Assembly (NCBI RefSeq): GCF_030144855.1
Contig: NC_082731.1
Location: forward strand, 25,048,001-25,112,000
Source of the DNA: Hypanus sabinus
Lineage: Eukaryota
Reading direction: 5' to 3'
Length of the DNA stretch: 64,000 bases
The position numbers and the translations under genes were made by a program. This document shows, in pieces, positions 12,490 through 26,010 of this stretch. A model generated the notes under the pieces. It worked only from the letters and a program-made list of their open reading frames with translations, ran no database searches and had not been told where the DNA came from. The stretch's first letter is position 1, and every line of letters begins with the position of its first letter.

Positions 12490-14700
12490 TTCCTGTATTT
12501 GTTAAACAGGTTCGGTTTTCTTAACGGGAAATCTTGCATTGAAACTCTGTTGGAGGTTCTTGAAGAATAACAGGCAAGAAGTTGATGATGATCAGTGTTG
12601 GTTGTTCACTTGGATATTAGAAGGGTACCTCAAAAGGCTCCACGCATGAGACTGCTGCACAAGATTGGGCCAAATGGTATTGGATGAAATATCTTAGATT
12701 GAATAGCGGATTGACTGACTGACAGGAAGCCAAATGAGTGAGAAAGTGAGCCTTTATTTTTGCTGCAGTAGACTATTCGTGTTCGTAGTAGTCGTTGCTG
12801 GCACCGATTTTTTTTTTCAAGTCATATATCAAGAATCTCCATGAATCTCTTCCGGGGCACGCTATAATGGAATATACATGAAGGGAGTGTTGTAGGTAAG
12901 CAGGAGGCAACCAGCATATGTGCCGGCAAGTTCGGTAGTGCAGACCAGAAATTTAGGCTAGATTGGGAAGGCATTGGGAATCAGAGTGATAACAATTGGA
13001 CGGAAAGTGGATAGACGGAGATCAAGATAGATGGAACAAGTGAAATTTCAAGGAAACCTGAAGTTGTGGCTGTTACAAGGGCTTGATTGAGAGAGGGATA
13101 ACAATGGCTGCTTAATGTCACAGCTTCACAGTTCTTTAGAAGAGAGAGGGTGGAAAACGATGGCGGGTAATGGTGGGGTGTGAATGCAAAACAAATCAGA
13201 GACAATGTGTCAAATGCATGCCAATAGGCATAATGGAAAGTCGCCCAGTTAGTCCACTTCGTTAGAACGCAAACATAGGAGGGGTGCTCTCAATGGGATT
13301 AATTTGTACCTCACAACCCTGCCTCTCAAGAAACATCGGAACATTGAAGGACACAGACACAGGCAGAGATAGAATAAATTCAACGGAGCTGTTGAAACAG
13401 GGAACATCAATTTCTCCCATATAAAGTGCGATGCGCTAGTGCAAGAAGTTTAGAAGAGGCAGTATTTTGTTGCATTGTGTGTGGTGGGAGTTCAAGTAAA
13501 GAAACCCAATGCAGAAACTGATAACATTATAGAGGATTAATTTGCAGATTAGGACGAGAAGCTGAATTTACATTATATAATATTACAATACAGTGAAAAG
13601 ATTTACAATGGACTGAAAGCCAAAGTTGTCTGGGGGTTAACACTAGCAGAGAATAGATTGCAGACAGCAATGCAAGAAATTTCTGGAATTTATTTCAGAT
13701 AAGAAGAAGAAGTAGTTCAGAGGAAGTATTCGTTAGACAGGATGGCAAATAGTGACTGAATGGGGACATCAAATACAGCATGAGAGGAAAATACAGTTCA
13801 TGGAATATACCAAAAGAATCGTGGGACTTTTAAAAACAAGCGACAGGCATATAGAATGCCACGACAGGAATGTTTAAATATGAATATGCCGGTAATATCC
13901 AAAAAACGTTTCTTTTCAGTGTATAAATAGAGCGAACTGGACTCGAGAATGAATATCCGATCGCTTGAATATGATGTAGTAATGAGTGAAAATAAACGTG
14001 ATTGTTCAGAATTTTCGTGGGAGGTGTAAGGCCAATTAAAAAAAAAAATCATATCGTAGTTAAACGGAACCCGGGTGGCATTGTGCGGAAACATTGCTAG
14101 TTAAAACAAATTGAGACATTGTTTTGATGACGTTATGAGTGCGTAAGGTGAAGGTACAGTATGGATATTATCACTATGAATTTTAATAAGGCATTTCGCA
14201 AAATTCCTATTGGGAGCTACATAGAAGAGTAGCATTCATGGTATCCATTGCGAACGGATTATTTGGATACAGAACTGACATGACCATCGAGCACAGAATG
14301 CAATGTCTGTAGCTGGATGTCAGTAATTAATGCAGGAATTTGTACTGCACCCCTTCTGCTTCTGTTTTATAAAAAATGTCCTGAATGAAAATGTATATTG
14401 ATGTCTTAATCAAATTGTATTACAACTTGTGTAGGTGTGGGTAGCGTTAAGCAGGCAAGCAATACAGCAGGAATAGTTCAGTTCCACATATGGTCAGAAA
14501 AATAGCAGGTGAGCTTTAACAGACACCCAGGGCGGGTTCTTGCAATTCGGTGCCAGCTCAAAGCTAAATATGCAGGACTTTGTCAAAGGACAAAAAAAAA
14601 TGCTTAACAGTGTTGATGAGCAGAGGGATACCACATCCTAATTTCATAGATCCTTGAGTGAGGCTACACAGGTTGTTATAGTAGTTAGGAAAATGCAAGC
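12490..14700 (+). mobile_element. Mosaic of old CR1-like LINE fragments
   Basis: Degenerate RT motifs (GF.nGKSC..LL.v.EE, D..K....PH.RL..K) at 12.5-12.8 kb and 14.1-14.7 kb, and endonuclease-like pieces at 13.0-13.8 kb. Confidence 0.55.
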
Positions 14701-14808
14701 ATATATATATACACACATCACTATATAACTAAATAAATAATAATTTATATATAATAAATAAAAAATATAATAAATAATATAAAATAATAAATAATATATT
14801 TATATATA
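14701..14808. repeat. AT-rich low-complexity tract
   Basis: (AT)n and (AAAT)n-like run. Confidence 0.8.
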
Positions 14809-14961
14809 CCAACGTCATCAAACTCTTGACTGTCCACAACTGGGATATTTCACACAGTTTTGATAGCCGCTCTGTATAAAATATATCGAGGTTTTAGAGT
14901 TGGTGTTAAAGAGGCTTCCGACGCTGCAGCTTGGATTAGAATGAACTATAAAGTCACGTCT

Positions 14962-15001
<40 letters not shown>
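14962..15001 (+). repeat. (GTT)n microsatellite
   Basis: TTGTTGTTG... with one GAT interruption. Confidence 0.9.
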
Positions 15002-15002
<1 letters not shown>

Positions 15003-15009
15003 TTTCTCT

Positions 15010-16100
15010 TTGGAGCGGTGGAGCCTGTTAGGAATTCTGATGAAGGTTTATAAGATTCTGGGAGACATAGCTAGATCTTGCAAAATGTATCATTTTCTCC
15101 AAGTTGAAAATTCTATTACCAAAGGGCATGTTTTTAAGGAGACAGGGATTAGTTGCAATGGGAATGTGAGGGACAAATTTTATGTGTGTTTCAATATGGA
15201 GTGTGTGTGCCTGGAATGCGCTGCCTGTGGTGGATGCAGAGTCAGATATGCTCGGAACACTTAAGAATCATTTAGATATTTTCCGAAATGCTAGCGAAAG
15301 AGAACAATATGCAATTTTTGGAGTTGGAAAACACTACTTTAGTTGGTTATTTAATTACTAATTAAATTCCGCATAACATTGTCGTCAGAAATGTTTGCTC
15401 CTGTGACATGCTTTTTTATGTTGAATGCTCTATTTTCTATGGGAGATTTCAGGGAATTTTTGCAAGGTTTTGCAGCATACTCGGTTAGATGGCGATGTAG
15501 GTAGTGTATTGACAATGAATTGGTAGATGAAGTATAATATAGGGAAGTGTATGGTCATGCACTTAGGAAGAATGTGTAATATCATAGACTACTATCCAAA
15601 AATGGAGAAAAATCAGAAAACAGAAAGGCAGAAAGGACTTTGGAGTCATTGCATAGGAAACCGTAAAGTTTAACATGCAGGTTGAGTTGGCTCTCAGGAG
15701 GAAAATAAAATTCTGGTATAAATTTCAAAAGGTCAAGTATACGAAAACAAATGTGTAATTCTGAGGCATCACACGGCGTTGGTAAGATCTCACCTTGAGT
15801 GTTGTAATTAGCAGAGGACACCTTATTGAAGCAATGGCGTTATGACATGGGCGAAATCAAGGGAATTTCTAGAAAACAATCTGCTGATTAAACTATTGAC
15901 GTGGGCCGATACGTGGTGCAGTTTGGAAGAATGCAAATGGTTCCCATTGAAACCTTCCAAATATTGAGAGTCACATATCGACTTCACACAGAAAGGATGC
16001 TTCCAATGGTGGAAGAGTTGAGGAATAGAGGGTACAATCTCAGAATTAAATAAGTCATTGTACAGCAGAGATAAGGAGGAATTTCATTTGCCGCAGATGG
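15010..16100 (+). mobile_element. CR1-like LINE 3' fragments (at least two)
   Basis: FSLER..L.G.L..VYKI..G motif at about 15010-15060 and CNVMHLGR-like / LVRS.LE.C remnants at 15540-15810. Confidence 0.6.
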
Positions 16101-16189
16101 GAAACTGTGGAATTCATTGTTACAGTCGCCAATAGCCCGAATCACCAAAAGTCTGTATGGTTAGCCCTCTCTTTACCCTATTCTCTTTA

Positions 16190-16960
16190 CCTTTTTTGGC
16201 TATATACATTTGCAATTCCGTATTTAAATTTTGCCGCTGACGGCACCGTTGATGAAAGAAACTGTCGTAACGATGCAGCATTAAGAATGAAGATGAAAAA
16301 TTTCAAGAATGATTTCAGAACAACGCCTAAACAACCATAGGACGCCAGAAAAAAATAATAAATTGCTGATCATCAACGTCAGAAAGATATAGGAGGTCGA
16401 TGAACCACTCCTCATCGGGGGATTAGCGTCGGAGAGGCTTAGTAGGCATTACGTTTGGGACCAGATAGTAAGTACCATCTCAACGAGGACAGGATTCCTC
16501 CTCTATCATCTAAGAAGTTTGCGTAATTTCGGCAAGTCAGCAAATAATTTGACAAACTTCAAATGAAGTACAAAGTGAAGGATCCTACTTGACTGCGTCA
16601 CAGCCTATTATGAGTACGAAAATCCTCTGGAAAAAAAAAACTGCTGAAAGTGATAGGTACAGCATCGACTTTCACAACTAAATACATCACCTCCTTTGGT
16701 TATATTACATGGAACGTTTCCAAAATAAAGCAACATCCAACATCAAAGAATCACTACCCAAATCCTGCTTTCATCTGCAGTTATGCGACCGCAATCAAGC
16801 AGAAAGCAGAGAAGCCATAAGCTGCAGACCGCCAGTTTCAGGAAACAGATATTCCCCTAAATCTATTCAGTTTTGGAATCATCGTCGTATTAATTCACTG
16901 AGCAGAATTCCGAATTGATTCTAGAAATTACAGAATAACAATGAGACAACAATATTACTC
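16190..16960 (+). mobile_element. Rex1/L2-like LINE RT 3' fragment
   Basis: PLSLPYSLYL...NFAADGTV segment (PQG-box/FADD equivalent) and downstream KTKELI.D-like remnants. Confidence 0.5.
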
Positions 16961-17978
16961 ATGTCATTATTTTATTTGTACAGATTTTTCGATTGTCATT
17001 GTTTGTTTAAGAATTTTACCGGTAAGTTCTATTGTATTTACCTAATTTACTGTAAATGTATTAAACATGACTCAAGGTATTAAATCATAATAATCATACT
17101 TTGATAATGAATTTGTTCTTTACTTTGAGTGCGGCGGTGCATGAAAATTTCTTGTCAAATATAGTGGCAAGCTTCCAAGGCATTATATGCAGTTATCAAA
17201 TGGAAAGAAAAATCAAATCGTTTTTAATTATCATGCAAGTGATATACAGATGCAGCTGAACGACGCACACGCACACATCCAGATATAGCCAAGTTCCTGC
17301 CAAACACGGATACCACGCTGCCGATAACCAGGCCGGGTCACTCGAAAACTCGGCCGGTTCCTTCTCTGCCATCCCGCCCTTGACAGACCCGTTGAACACA
17401 TGGGCCGGCCCCTTTGAAAACTCGGCCGGCTAATTCACAACGATTTTGTCCTACAATGGTCCTTCGATCTCAATCCCTTGGTCAGCTCCGCCGCTGAAAC
17501 TACCCATCTACTCTAATAACCGAGGAGCTCAGTAATGAAGTACCTCTTCTTTACCTGATATTCTGGCATTGAGATTGTCTTCGGATAGTAATCAACAAAT
17601 TTTACAAAGAAAGAACCTTTGCTTGGTCCCGTTGAAGCCGTTACATTTGCATGCGCTGTCATTAACTGAAATCACGTGGTGGACGCTAACTCCCTAGCGG
17701 TATGACGAAACAAGGGTAAAGTCAATCAGACAATGTGCTGGCAAGAGAATATACCTGTGTAATAAATATCTAACATTTATAGATAAAACATATCTGGATG
17801 CTTACCCAATTTGAGTGAAGAATGTGCGCAGTCATTTAAACATAAATTAAAATGTAGACTGGATCGATTAAATAACAGGAAGAAAGACAATATCCTCGGG
17901 CATGATGCAACATACCCATTCAGGGAAAGATGGCATGAGGATGAGGTTCCTCATAAGATCATCATCTTACGTTATGTA

Positions 17979-18300
17979 CAGTGCCGATAAAAGTATTCAG
18001 TGCCATTGGAGGTGTTCATATTTTATTGTTTTAATACATTGACCGATAGTGGATTTCATTTGACTTCTTGGAAAGTCATCAACAGAAAAAGATTGCTTCA
18101 TATCAAAGTGCCAAAATTGCCTTACAAAGATACCTAAATTAACTTTGTATATAAAGGTTTTCACAACATTTAATATGACACACAAATTCATCACTGGTGC
18201 ACCCATTTGGTTTTAGAAAGCACATAATTGCTTCATAGAAATCTGTTTCCTTTCAAGCTGTTCCAATTGATTGTAGCAAAAATACACTTGTATCTGGGAG
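17979..18300 (+). mobile_element. Tc1/mariner transposon terminal fragment
   Basis: TA target followed by CAGTGCCGATAAAAGTATTCAG, the typical start of a Tc1-family terminal inverted repeat. No transposase ORF is visible. Confidence 0.55.
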
Positions 18301-18467
18301 GTGCAACTGCTGTGCGTCTAAAGTGATCAAATGCTTTGACAGGTTGGTCATCAGGAGCCTGCAATCCTTCCTCAGCAAGTCCCTGTACCAACTGCAGTTT
18401 GCCTATATCCAAAATAGTTCTTTAGCCAACGCTATCTCAATCATTCTTGAAGCGGTCTTAGACCACC

Positions 18468-20852
18468 TGTCAGGGTACGATCCGGAACAGAGCTCCGGGT
18501 ATTGATCCGGTCCGGGGGCTCCGGACTCCGGGTCCTGCAATTCTCCCTACCGTCCCACTGATCTAGTTAGCAGCCTCCTTGTTCAAGGAGACACACCTGT
18601 AACTCATTGAGCTGCAGGTGTTTATAAAGGGCCTTGGGACTGCGACCAGACGGGTAGTCGTTTGGTTATGTTTCCACGCCGGCTCGGAACTCGTCTCTGC
18701 ATTCTGTTATCCCGCCCGGGCTCAGACCTATTCTTCAACATGCCTCTCTGCCCGTACCAGTACTGCCAGGTTGGTCAACTCTCCCACCTTTCTTCCCATG
18801 CGCTGGTCCCGCTTCACCGCTCGGTTTTGTTTTTCGCGCGGTCAAGCTGTTTGCCGGCCGCTTCCGACTTTTCCCGTTTTCATGGCTGTTGTGATGGTCG
18901 ACTTGGAGCTATGCCCGTTCCTACCCCTTGCCCCTGTCGGGGACGTCTGGCCGAACTGCCTCGGCCTGGCGGGGGTTCTGCCTGTTCCTATCCCTTGCCT
19001 CCGTCTGGTGTTTCCGGCCGATGGGCCTTGACACGGCGGAAGTTCTGCCCCCTCCTTCTCTTCCGTCCGGACTCTGGGATAGTGTCCGCACCCGCCTAGG
19101 TGTTTGGGTCGTGCCTAGGCCTCCGGCGTTTCCGCCTGGGAGGCGCCTCTACCTGGGATACATGCGGCCCGCCCAGGGAGGGCTCTCCACTAACCTATCG
19201 CCACCTAGACCTGTCCGTCTGATTGGCTGACTGAACTCCGGGAGCCTGCCTACCTGAACCCCGAAGAACTGCCTGCCTGAACCCCGAGCACCTGTCTGTC
19301 TGAACCTCGGGGACCCGTCTACCTGCCTGCCTGAACCCTGGGGACCTGTCTACCTGCCTGCCTAAACCCCGGGTACTTGTCTGCCTGCCTGAACCCTGGA
19401 AGCCTGTCTATGTGAACCTGGACTTCGGAAGTCGCTCCGCTCTGCCTGCCTGGACTTCGGGAGTTGCTCCGCTCGGCCTGCCAGGACTCTACCTGCCTAA
19501 ACCCCAGCTACCCTTAAGTGCCAGGGCATCCCCATCCTGTCCTCCCCCTAATACTTCAGTGCCTGCATCCTACGTTTGGTTCCATCCGGCCCCTCTTGAC
19601 AGAACGACCACACTACGCATGGACCCAGCGGCACAGGCACTGGAGGCAGATTTCCGTTACCCTGGGGTCCACTCTGAATTGGATAACCCTCCGCACTCAC
19701 CCGTACTGCCCATGGCCCTTCAGCATTGCATTGGTCGCCAGAAGACTCCCTTTGGGGGGTTGGGGGGAGGGTCCGTTCCGGAAACGCGTTCCGGGTTTTG
19801 ATCCGGTCAGGAGGCTCCGGAGTCCGGGTCCTGCAGTGGTCCCACCCGTCACCCGCGATCTAGTTAGGACACTCCTGGTTCAGGGAGACACACCTGTAAC
19901 TCATTGAGCTGCAGGTGTTTATAAAGGGCCTTGGGACTGCGACCAGACGGGTAGTCGTTTGGTTCTGCTTCCACGCCGGCTCGGAACTCGTCTCTGCATT
20001 CTGTTATCCCGCCCGGGATCAGACCTATTCTTCAACATGCTTCTCTGCCCGTACCAGTACTGCCAGATTGGTCCGCTCTCCCTCTTTTCTTCCCATGCGC
20101 TGGCCCCGCTTCTCCGCTCGGTTTTGTGTTTCGCGCGGTCGCGCTGTCTGCCGGCCGCTTCCGATTTTTCCCGTTGTCATGGCTGCTGTGTTGGTCGACC
20201 TGGACCTATGCCCGTTCCTACCCTTTTCCCCTGTCGTGCACGTCTGGCAACCTGCCTCGGCCCGGCGAGGTTTCTGCCTGTTCCTATCCCTTGCCTCCGT
20301 CTTGCGGTTCCGGCCGATCGTCCGTGGCCCGGCGGAGTTTCCGCCCTCTCCTTGTCTTCCGCCCCAACTCTGGGATAGTACCCGCACCGCCTAGGGTCGG
20401 CGCCGTGCCCACGCCTCCGGTTTTTCCGCCTGGGAGGCGCACCTACACGGGATAGATGCGGCCCGCCCAGCGAGGGCTCTCCACCAGCCTGTCGCCACAT
20501 AGACCTTTCTGTCTGCTTGCCTGCCTGAACCCCGGGAGCCTGCCTGCCTGAACCCCGGGAGCCTGCCTGCCTGAACCCCGGGAGCCTGCCTGCCTGAACC
20601 CCGGGAGCCTGCCTGCCTGAACCCCGAGGACCTGCCTGCCTGAACCCGGGGGACCTGTCTACCTTAACCTGGACTTCGGGGGTCGCTCCGGTCTGCCTGC
20701 CTGGTCTTCGGGAGTCGCTCCGCTCTGTCTGCCTGGACTCCATCTGCCTGAACCCTAGCTACCTTTAAGTGCCATGGCATCCCCATCCTGTCCTCCCCCT
20801 AATACTTCAATGCCTGCGTCCTGCGTTTAGGTCCATCCGGCCGCTGTTGGCT
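18468..20852 (+). mobile_element. Internally deleted Gypsy-type LTR element: two ~1.1-kb LTRs around a ~160-bp internal region
   Basis: LTR1 18468-19601 (TGTCA...TGACA). Internal region has a gag-like start MDPAAQ at 19619 and a G-rich PPT near 19751-19767. LTR2 about 19761-20852. 5-bp TSD CCACC/CCAAC (18463-18467 / 20853-20857). Confidence 0.85.
20515..20655 (+). repeat. 23-bp minisatellite inside LTR2
   Basis: CTGAACCCCGGGAGCCTGCCTGC with unit starts at 20525, 20548, 20571, 20594, 20617 and 20640. The LTR1 counterpart at about 19230-19420 is more diverged. Confidence 0.9.
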
Positions 20853-23142
20853 CCAACTGGACAATTCAAGCAACTATTCTGAATGCTATCCACCGACTAT
20901 AGATCAGTACTTAAATCAATTATTCCCTCAGTTCTAATTGTGATTTAAAGACACAAATATGAGATAATCTGTAGATGCTGGAAATTCAGGCAACGAAGGG
21001 TGTCTGCCCGAAACGTCGACTGTACCTCTTCCTATAGATTTTCCTGTCCTGCTGCGTTCAACCAGCATTTTGTTTGTGTTGCCAGTAATTACGAAAGCTG
21101 GGCCACTATAGCTCCCTCTGCAAATGGATCCTCGACATCCTAACCGGAACAACACAACCTGTGCGGATTGATCACAATATCTGTTCCTTGCTGACGATCA
21201 ACAGGGGTGCAACTCAAGCGAGTGTGCTTAACCCTGTGTTCTACTCTCTCTATACCTATGACTGTGTGGCTACGCATAGCTGAAATGTTATACATATACT
21301 GATGATGCAATCATTGTTTGTAGAGTCTTAGATAGAGGCAAAATGGGTCAACAGAAGCGAGATACATAGACTACTGGACTTCTGTTGTAACAACAACCTT
21401 GCATTCAACGTCAGCCAGACAAAAATAAATTATTGTGGAAATCCAAATGGGTAATACATATGAAAACAGACCAATCTCCAGAGTGGGATCAGAACAGAAG
21501 AGAGAGAGCACATTCAAACTCGAAGGAGTCGAGATCCCTGAGGAACTAACCTGACAGTAACATATCGAAGGAGCTTGAAGTAAGTCAAGATAGCAACTGA
21601 ACTTCATTCGGAGTATGAAGAGACTTGTTATGCCAAATAAAGCACTCAAAATATGTTGATATACTGCAGAAAGTATTCTGACCGGCTGCGTCAATATAGA
21701 GCATGCGGGTTGGGCGGGGTTCAGCTATTTCACAGGACCGAAAGATCCGGCATAGGGTGGTAAATTAATCGGTTCAGTCTTGGCTACGAGCCTGTTTTAT
21801 ACCCAGGAAACTTGCGAGAAGCAGTGTCTCAGAAAGGCAGCTCCCACAATTAGGGACAACCAATACCGAAAAATGCCTTCTTCTCACCATTACTATCGGA
21901 TAAGTGGTGCAGAAGCCTGGAGGCAGGCACACAGAGATTCAGTAACAAGTTCTTCCCCTCTGCAATCGGATCCCTAAAAGGACATTAAATCCCTGAACAC
22001 TACATCACGTTTTAAATATATGCAACGGCAGGCAATCGTCTGGGTACCTCTGGTCAAAATTTCTGTTACTGTGAAAAGCTGCGAGTAAAATATGACCTGA
22101 TTTCCAAAAGGTTTAAAGATAACGATCACACACTTCTTTATCATTTTAAGCGAGATTATTATTTGTTTTAAAATTTCCATTTTTTACAGTGTCAAAATAA
22201 CAAAAAAGAAAAATGGCCCGAAGCAAAATTTTGGGCACGCTGCATTGTCAGTACCTAGTAACACGCTCTTTGGCAAGTATCAGAGCTGGTAAACGCTTTC
22301 TGTAGCCAACTAAGTGACCTTCAATTCTTATTCGGCTGATTTACTCTCATGCGTCCTTGCAAACGTGTTTTATGGTATCATGGAGCAATAGATAGTCATT
22401 TTCATTGATGCACATAGATCACTCAGAGATGCTGATGAAGTGATGTGAAGTGAAGGGTAAGGTGACGGGGTGCAGTAAAAAAAAAACTCGTTCTACTTCT
22501 TATTTCATTAGAAATGTCAGAGTATGCATATTTTACTTTCTTGGTATATGTACCTGTTACATTTCGTCTCTGTGCTTAAGGAGCTATATTTGAAGAAAAT
22601 ATAGATGCATCATCGTTTACAACACCAACCAGCATTTCAATGCAGAAAATTAAAGAATGTTCCCAGTAGAACTTTGGAATTGTTCACCCTCAAGCTGATA
22701 TGAATTGACTCAGTGGCTGGTTGATTTTCCATGAAGAACTGTTCTCAAATATTCATCGAATCAAAGATCAATGAAGAGCGCACAGAGGCCCTTCAGTTCA
22801 AGTAGTCCTTACCGACCAAGTGTCGGTGTAATCTAATTCCATTCATTTACACTCGTCCCATATCCGTCCAAAGCTTTACTATAAAATTCACAAATGATTT
22901 ATAAATGTTGGTCACTCAACCGGCCAGGGAGAGGAATAAAAAAAAATCGACGTTTCGAGCTGTGAACTTCCATCAGAGGTTTCTCATCGGTAATGGTGAT
23001 GATGAGACTTAACGCAAAATATCAGATTCTTAATACTCTTCAGAGATTATGTCCGAACTGCTGAGTTCCACCAACTGATTCTCTCCAAAGCACTGGCTGT
23101 CCAGCATCGTTAACATTTCTTGAACATTTTAAATGCAATTGC

Positions 23143-26010
23143 ACCAACTTCATTGAAGACCATATAACACTACAGCTTAGAGAGCAGTCCATTCGTCCAT
23201 TCTTGTTTGTCCTGAAACTATATTCCGCTTGTCCTATTGACCTGCACCCAGTCCATAAACCTCCACCCTCTCCCATCCATGTATCGAGCCACCTTATTCC
23301 TAAAAATGAGCCCACATTCACCACGTCAGATGGCAGCCCCTTCTACTCTCCCACCAAACTCTGTGAAGAAGTTTCCCCAAATCTTCCCCTAAACCTCTCC
23401 GCTTTCACCAAAAGCCATAACCTCTCGCAGTTAGCTCTCCTAATGTAAGCAGAGAAACCCTACTCGCATGTAGTCTGTCTATAACTGAGAGTCAGCTCGC
23501 ATCTACCACGTCAGATAGCAGCTTGTACCACACATCCACCACTCTCTGAGTGAAGAAGTTTAAGCTGCAGTTCTCCCTAAACCTTTTCCCTGTCACCCTA
23601 AAGCCATCTCCTCTCGTTTCTTATCTCTCCTAATCTGTGGAATTATACTAAGCACATTTACTCTGTCTATATCCCTCATAATTTTGTAAACCTCTATCAA
23701 ATCCCCTCACTCTTCAATGGTCCAAGGAATAAAGTCCTAACCTCTTCAATCTTTCAATTTAACTCAACTACTACAGCCCTGGAAACATCCTAGTAAATCC
23801 TCACGGCAGGCTTTCAATCTTACTGCTTCCCTGCCTATAGTTAGGTCACCAGAAATGCCACAGCACTCCAAGTTTAGCCTCAACAGTGACATATAAAACC
23901 TTACCATAATATCCTAACTCCTAAACTGAATACTTTGATATATGAATACCAGTATGCCGAAAGCATTCCTTACAACGTTGTCTACCTGTGGCGCCACTTT
24001 CAGGGAATTATGTATCTGAACTCCTATATCCCTTGGTTCCGCTGCACTCCTCAGTGCCGTACCATTTAATGTATATGTCCTACCTTGATTTGTCCTTCCA
24101 AAATGCCTCAGACTTTTCTGCATTAAACATCATTTGCCATTTCCTGGCTATTTTTTTTTTTTATTTCCATTGGGTCCGGATCCTACTTCAAGCTTAGAAA
24201 GCATTCCTCACTGTCCACAACGCCTCCAATCTTAGTGTCATCAGCTAACTTGCTGATCCATTTTACCACGTCATCATCAAGATCATTGAAATAGAGAACA
24301 AACAGCAATGGTGCCAGCACAGATCCCCGAGGCACACTACCAGTCACAAGCCTACAAGATTCGTAAAACACTCTATCCCACGTACGAATCTCGGACTCTT
24401 CTGAATACGCCGTTGGCTGTGCAAATACTTGTATACACGATCTCTCAGAACACCTTCCAATAATTTATCTACGACTGACGTCAGGCTCACCAGCGTGTAT
24501 TACCTGGTTTACTTTTTGAGCCTTTATAATACAACGGAACAACTTGAGCTAACATCCAGTCCTCCGGCACCACACGTGGCCAAGGATATTTTATATATTT
24601 CTGCCAGCACGACTGAATATTCTACAGGAATCTCTCTCAATTTGCGAGGAAATAGAATGTCGGGACCGGAGTATTTGTCTTCCTTTATTCGCTCTAAGGC
24701 AGAAAGTACCCCCTCCCCCCCGTGATCTCTATACTTTCCTTGACACTACTGCTGGTTTCCCTTCCTTTCATATACGTTATGCCAATTTCCTGAGCAAATA
24801 ATGATGCAAGAACTCTGTTTATGATCTCTCCCATCTCCTGACGCTCCACACATAGACGACGACTCTGATCTTCTAGGGGTCCAATTTTGTCCCTTACCCT
24901 CCTTTTACCCTTAATATATTTTCAGAAACCCTTCGGGTTTACCTTCACTTTACCTGCCAAAGACACCTCATTCCTTCCTTTTTCCTTCCTGATTTCCTTC
25001 ATTAGCATTTTCTTACATTTTCTATACTCTTCAAGTACCTCATTTGGTCCTTGTTGCCTTCACCTTCTTTATTCCTCTCTCTTTTTCTTAACAGGCTCAC
25101 ACATATCCATTGAAAACTAGCTTTCCATATGCCATTTAAATTTGCCTTTAATCCTGGCAGGAACATGCAAAGTCTGCACTCTCAATAATTTCGCTTTTGA
25201 AGGCCTTCCACCTGCCGAACACATCCTTTCCAGAAAACAGCTTGTCCAATTCCAGTCTTCCTAGATTCTTTCTTGTTTCCACAAATTTGCACTTCTCAGA
25301 TTTTGAACCACATCTCCTGGATCATACGTATCGTTATTCATAATTAACTTGAAAATAATCACATTATGGTCACTGTACACAAAATGTTCATCTACGCATA
25401 CTGCTGTCACCTGACCTGTCTCGTTCCCGAATAGGAGATCAAGTATTGCATATTCTCCCGTTGATACCATTATCTATTGATTGAGAAAACCTTTCTGAAC
25501 CCATTTCACAAACTCCAAGCCATCTCGCACTTTCACAGTGTGGGATCCCAGTCGATATGTGGAAAATTAAAATCCACCACTATTACAACTTTCAGTTTCT
25601 TACATCGGTCTGCTAACTCAGTACAGATTAACTGCTCCAATTCTGTCGTACAATTAGTCGGTCTACCTATATGGCCTCTGTAGAGAAGCCCTCCGGGCTG
25701 TCCTGTCAACGCACAGCTGTGATATTTTCCCTGAATAGAAATTACGCTCTTCCCCTTTCATTCCTCGCCGTCTATCGCATCTGAAACAACGAAACCGTGG
25801 AATATTAAGCTGCCAGTCCTGTCCGCACTGCAACCAAGTCTCTGTCAAAGCAATAATATCGTATTTCCACGTGCCAATCCACGCCCTAAGCTCATCTGCC
25901 TTACCTTGCATTGAACTAAATGCACCTGAGATCATTTCTATCACGTACAAACATTTGATTTATGTCTATACATGCAGTCCTCGCATGTCGTTCACCCAAT
26001 TAATGTTAGA
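23143..26010 (-). mobile_element. Cluster of CR1-like LINE copies (3' UTRs, RT and endonuclease remnants)
   Basis: VPRGSVLAPLLFVLYFNDLDDDVVKWISKLADDTKIGG (24183-24371) and ELRAWIGTWKYDIIALTETWLQ (25663-25950). Confidence 0.85.

Larger units (their letters stand above)
18320..21990 (+). mobile_element. Rex1-like LINE RT remnant split by an LTR element and a hairpin element
   Basis: IKCFDRLV...YQLQFAY...NAISIILEAVLDH (to 18467) resumes as LDNSSNY after 20857. Further RT pieces (GVQLK..LNP.FYSLYT.DC, DDA.IV.R) at 21.2-21.9 kb. Confidence 0.65.

Noticed and set aside
20515-20655. Regular short repeats suggestive of a CRISPR array
   Set aside because: These are head-to-tail 23-bp units with no unique spacers, in a vertebrate LTR.
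18618-20743. Many long GC-rich ORFs (100-188 aa) on both strands
   Set aside because: All lie within the two LTRs and their minisatellite, are duplicated between LTRs, and have no protein motif.
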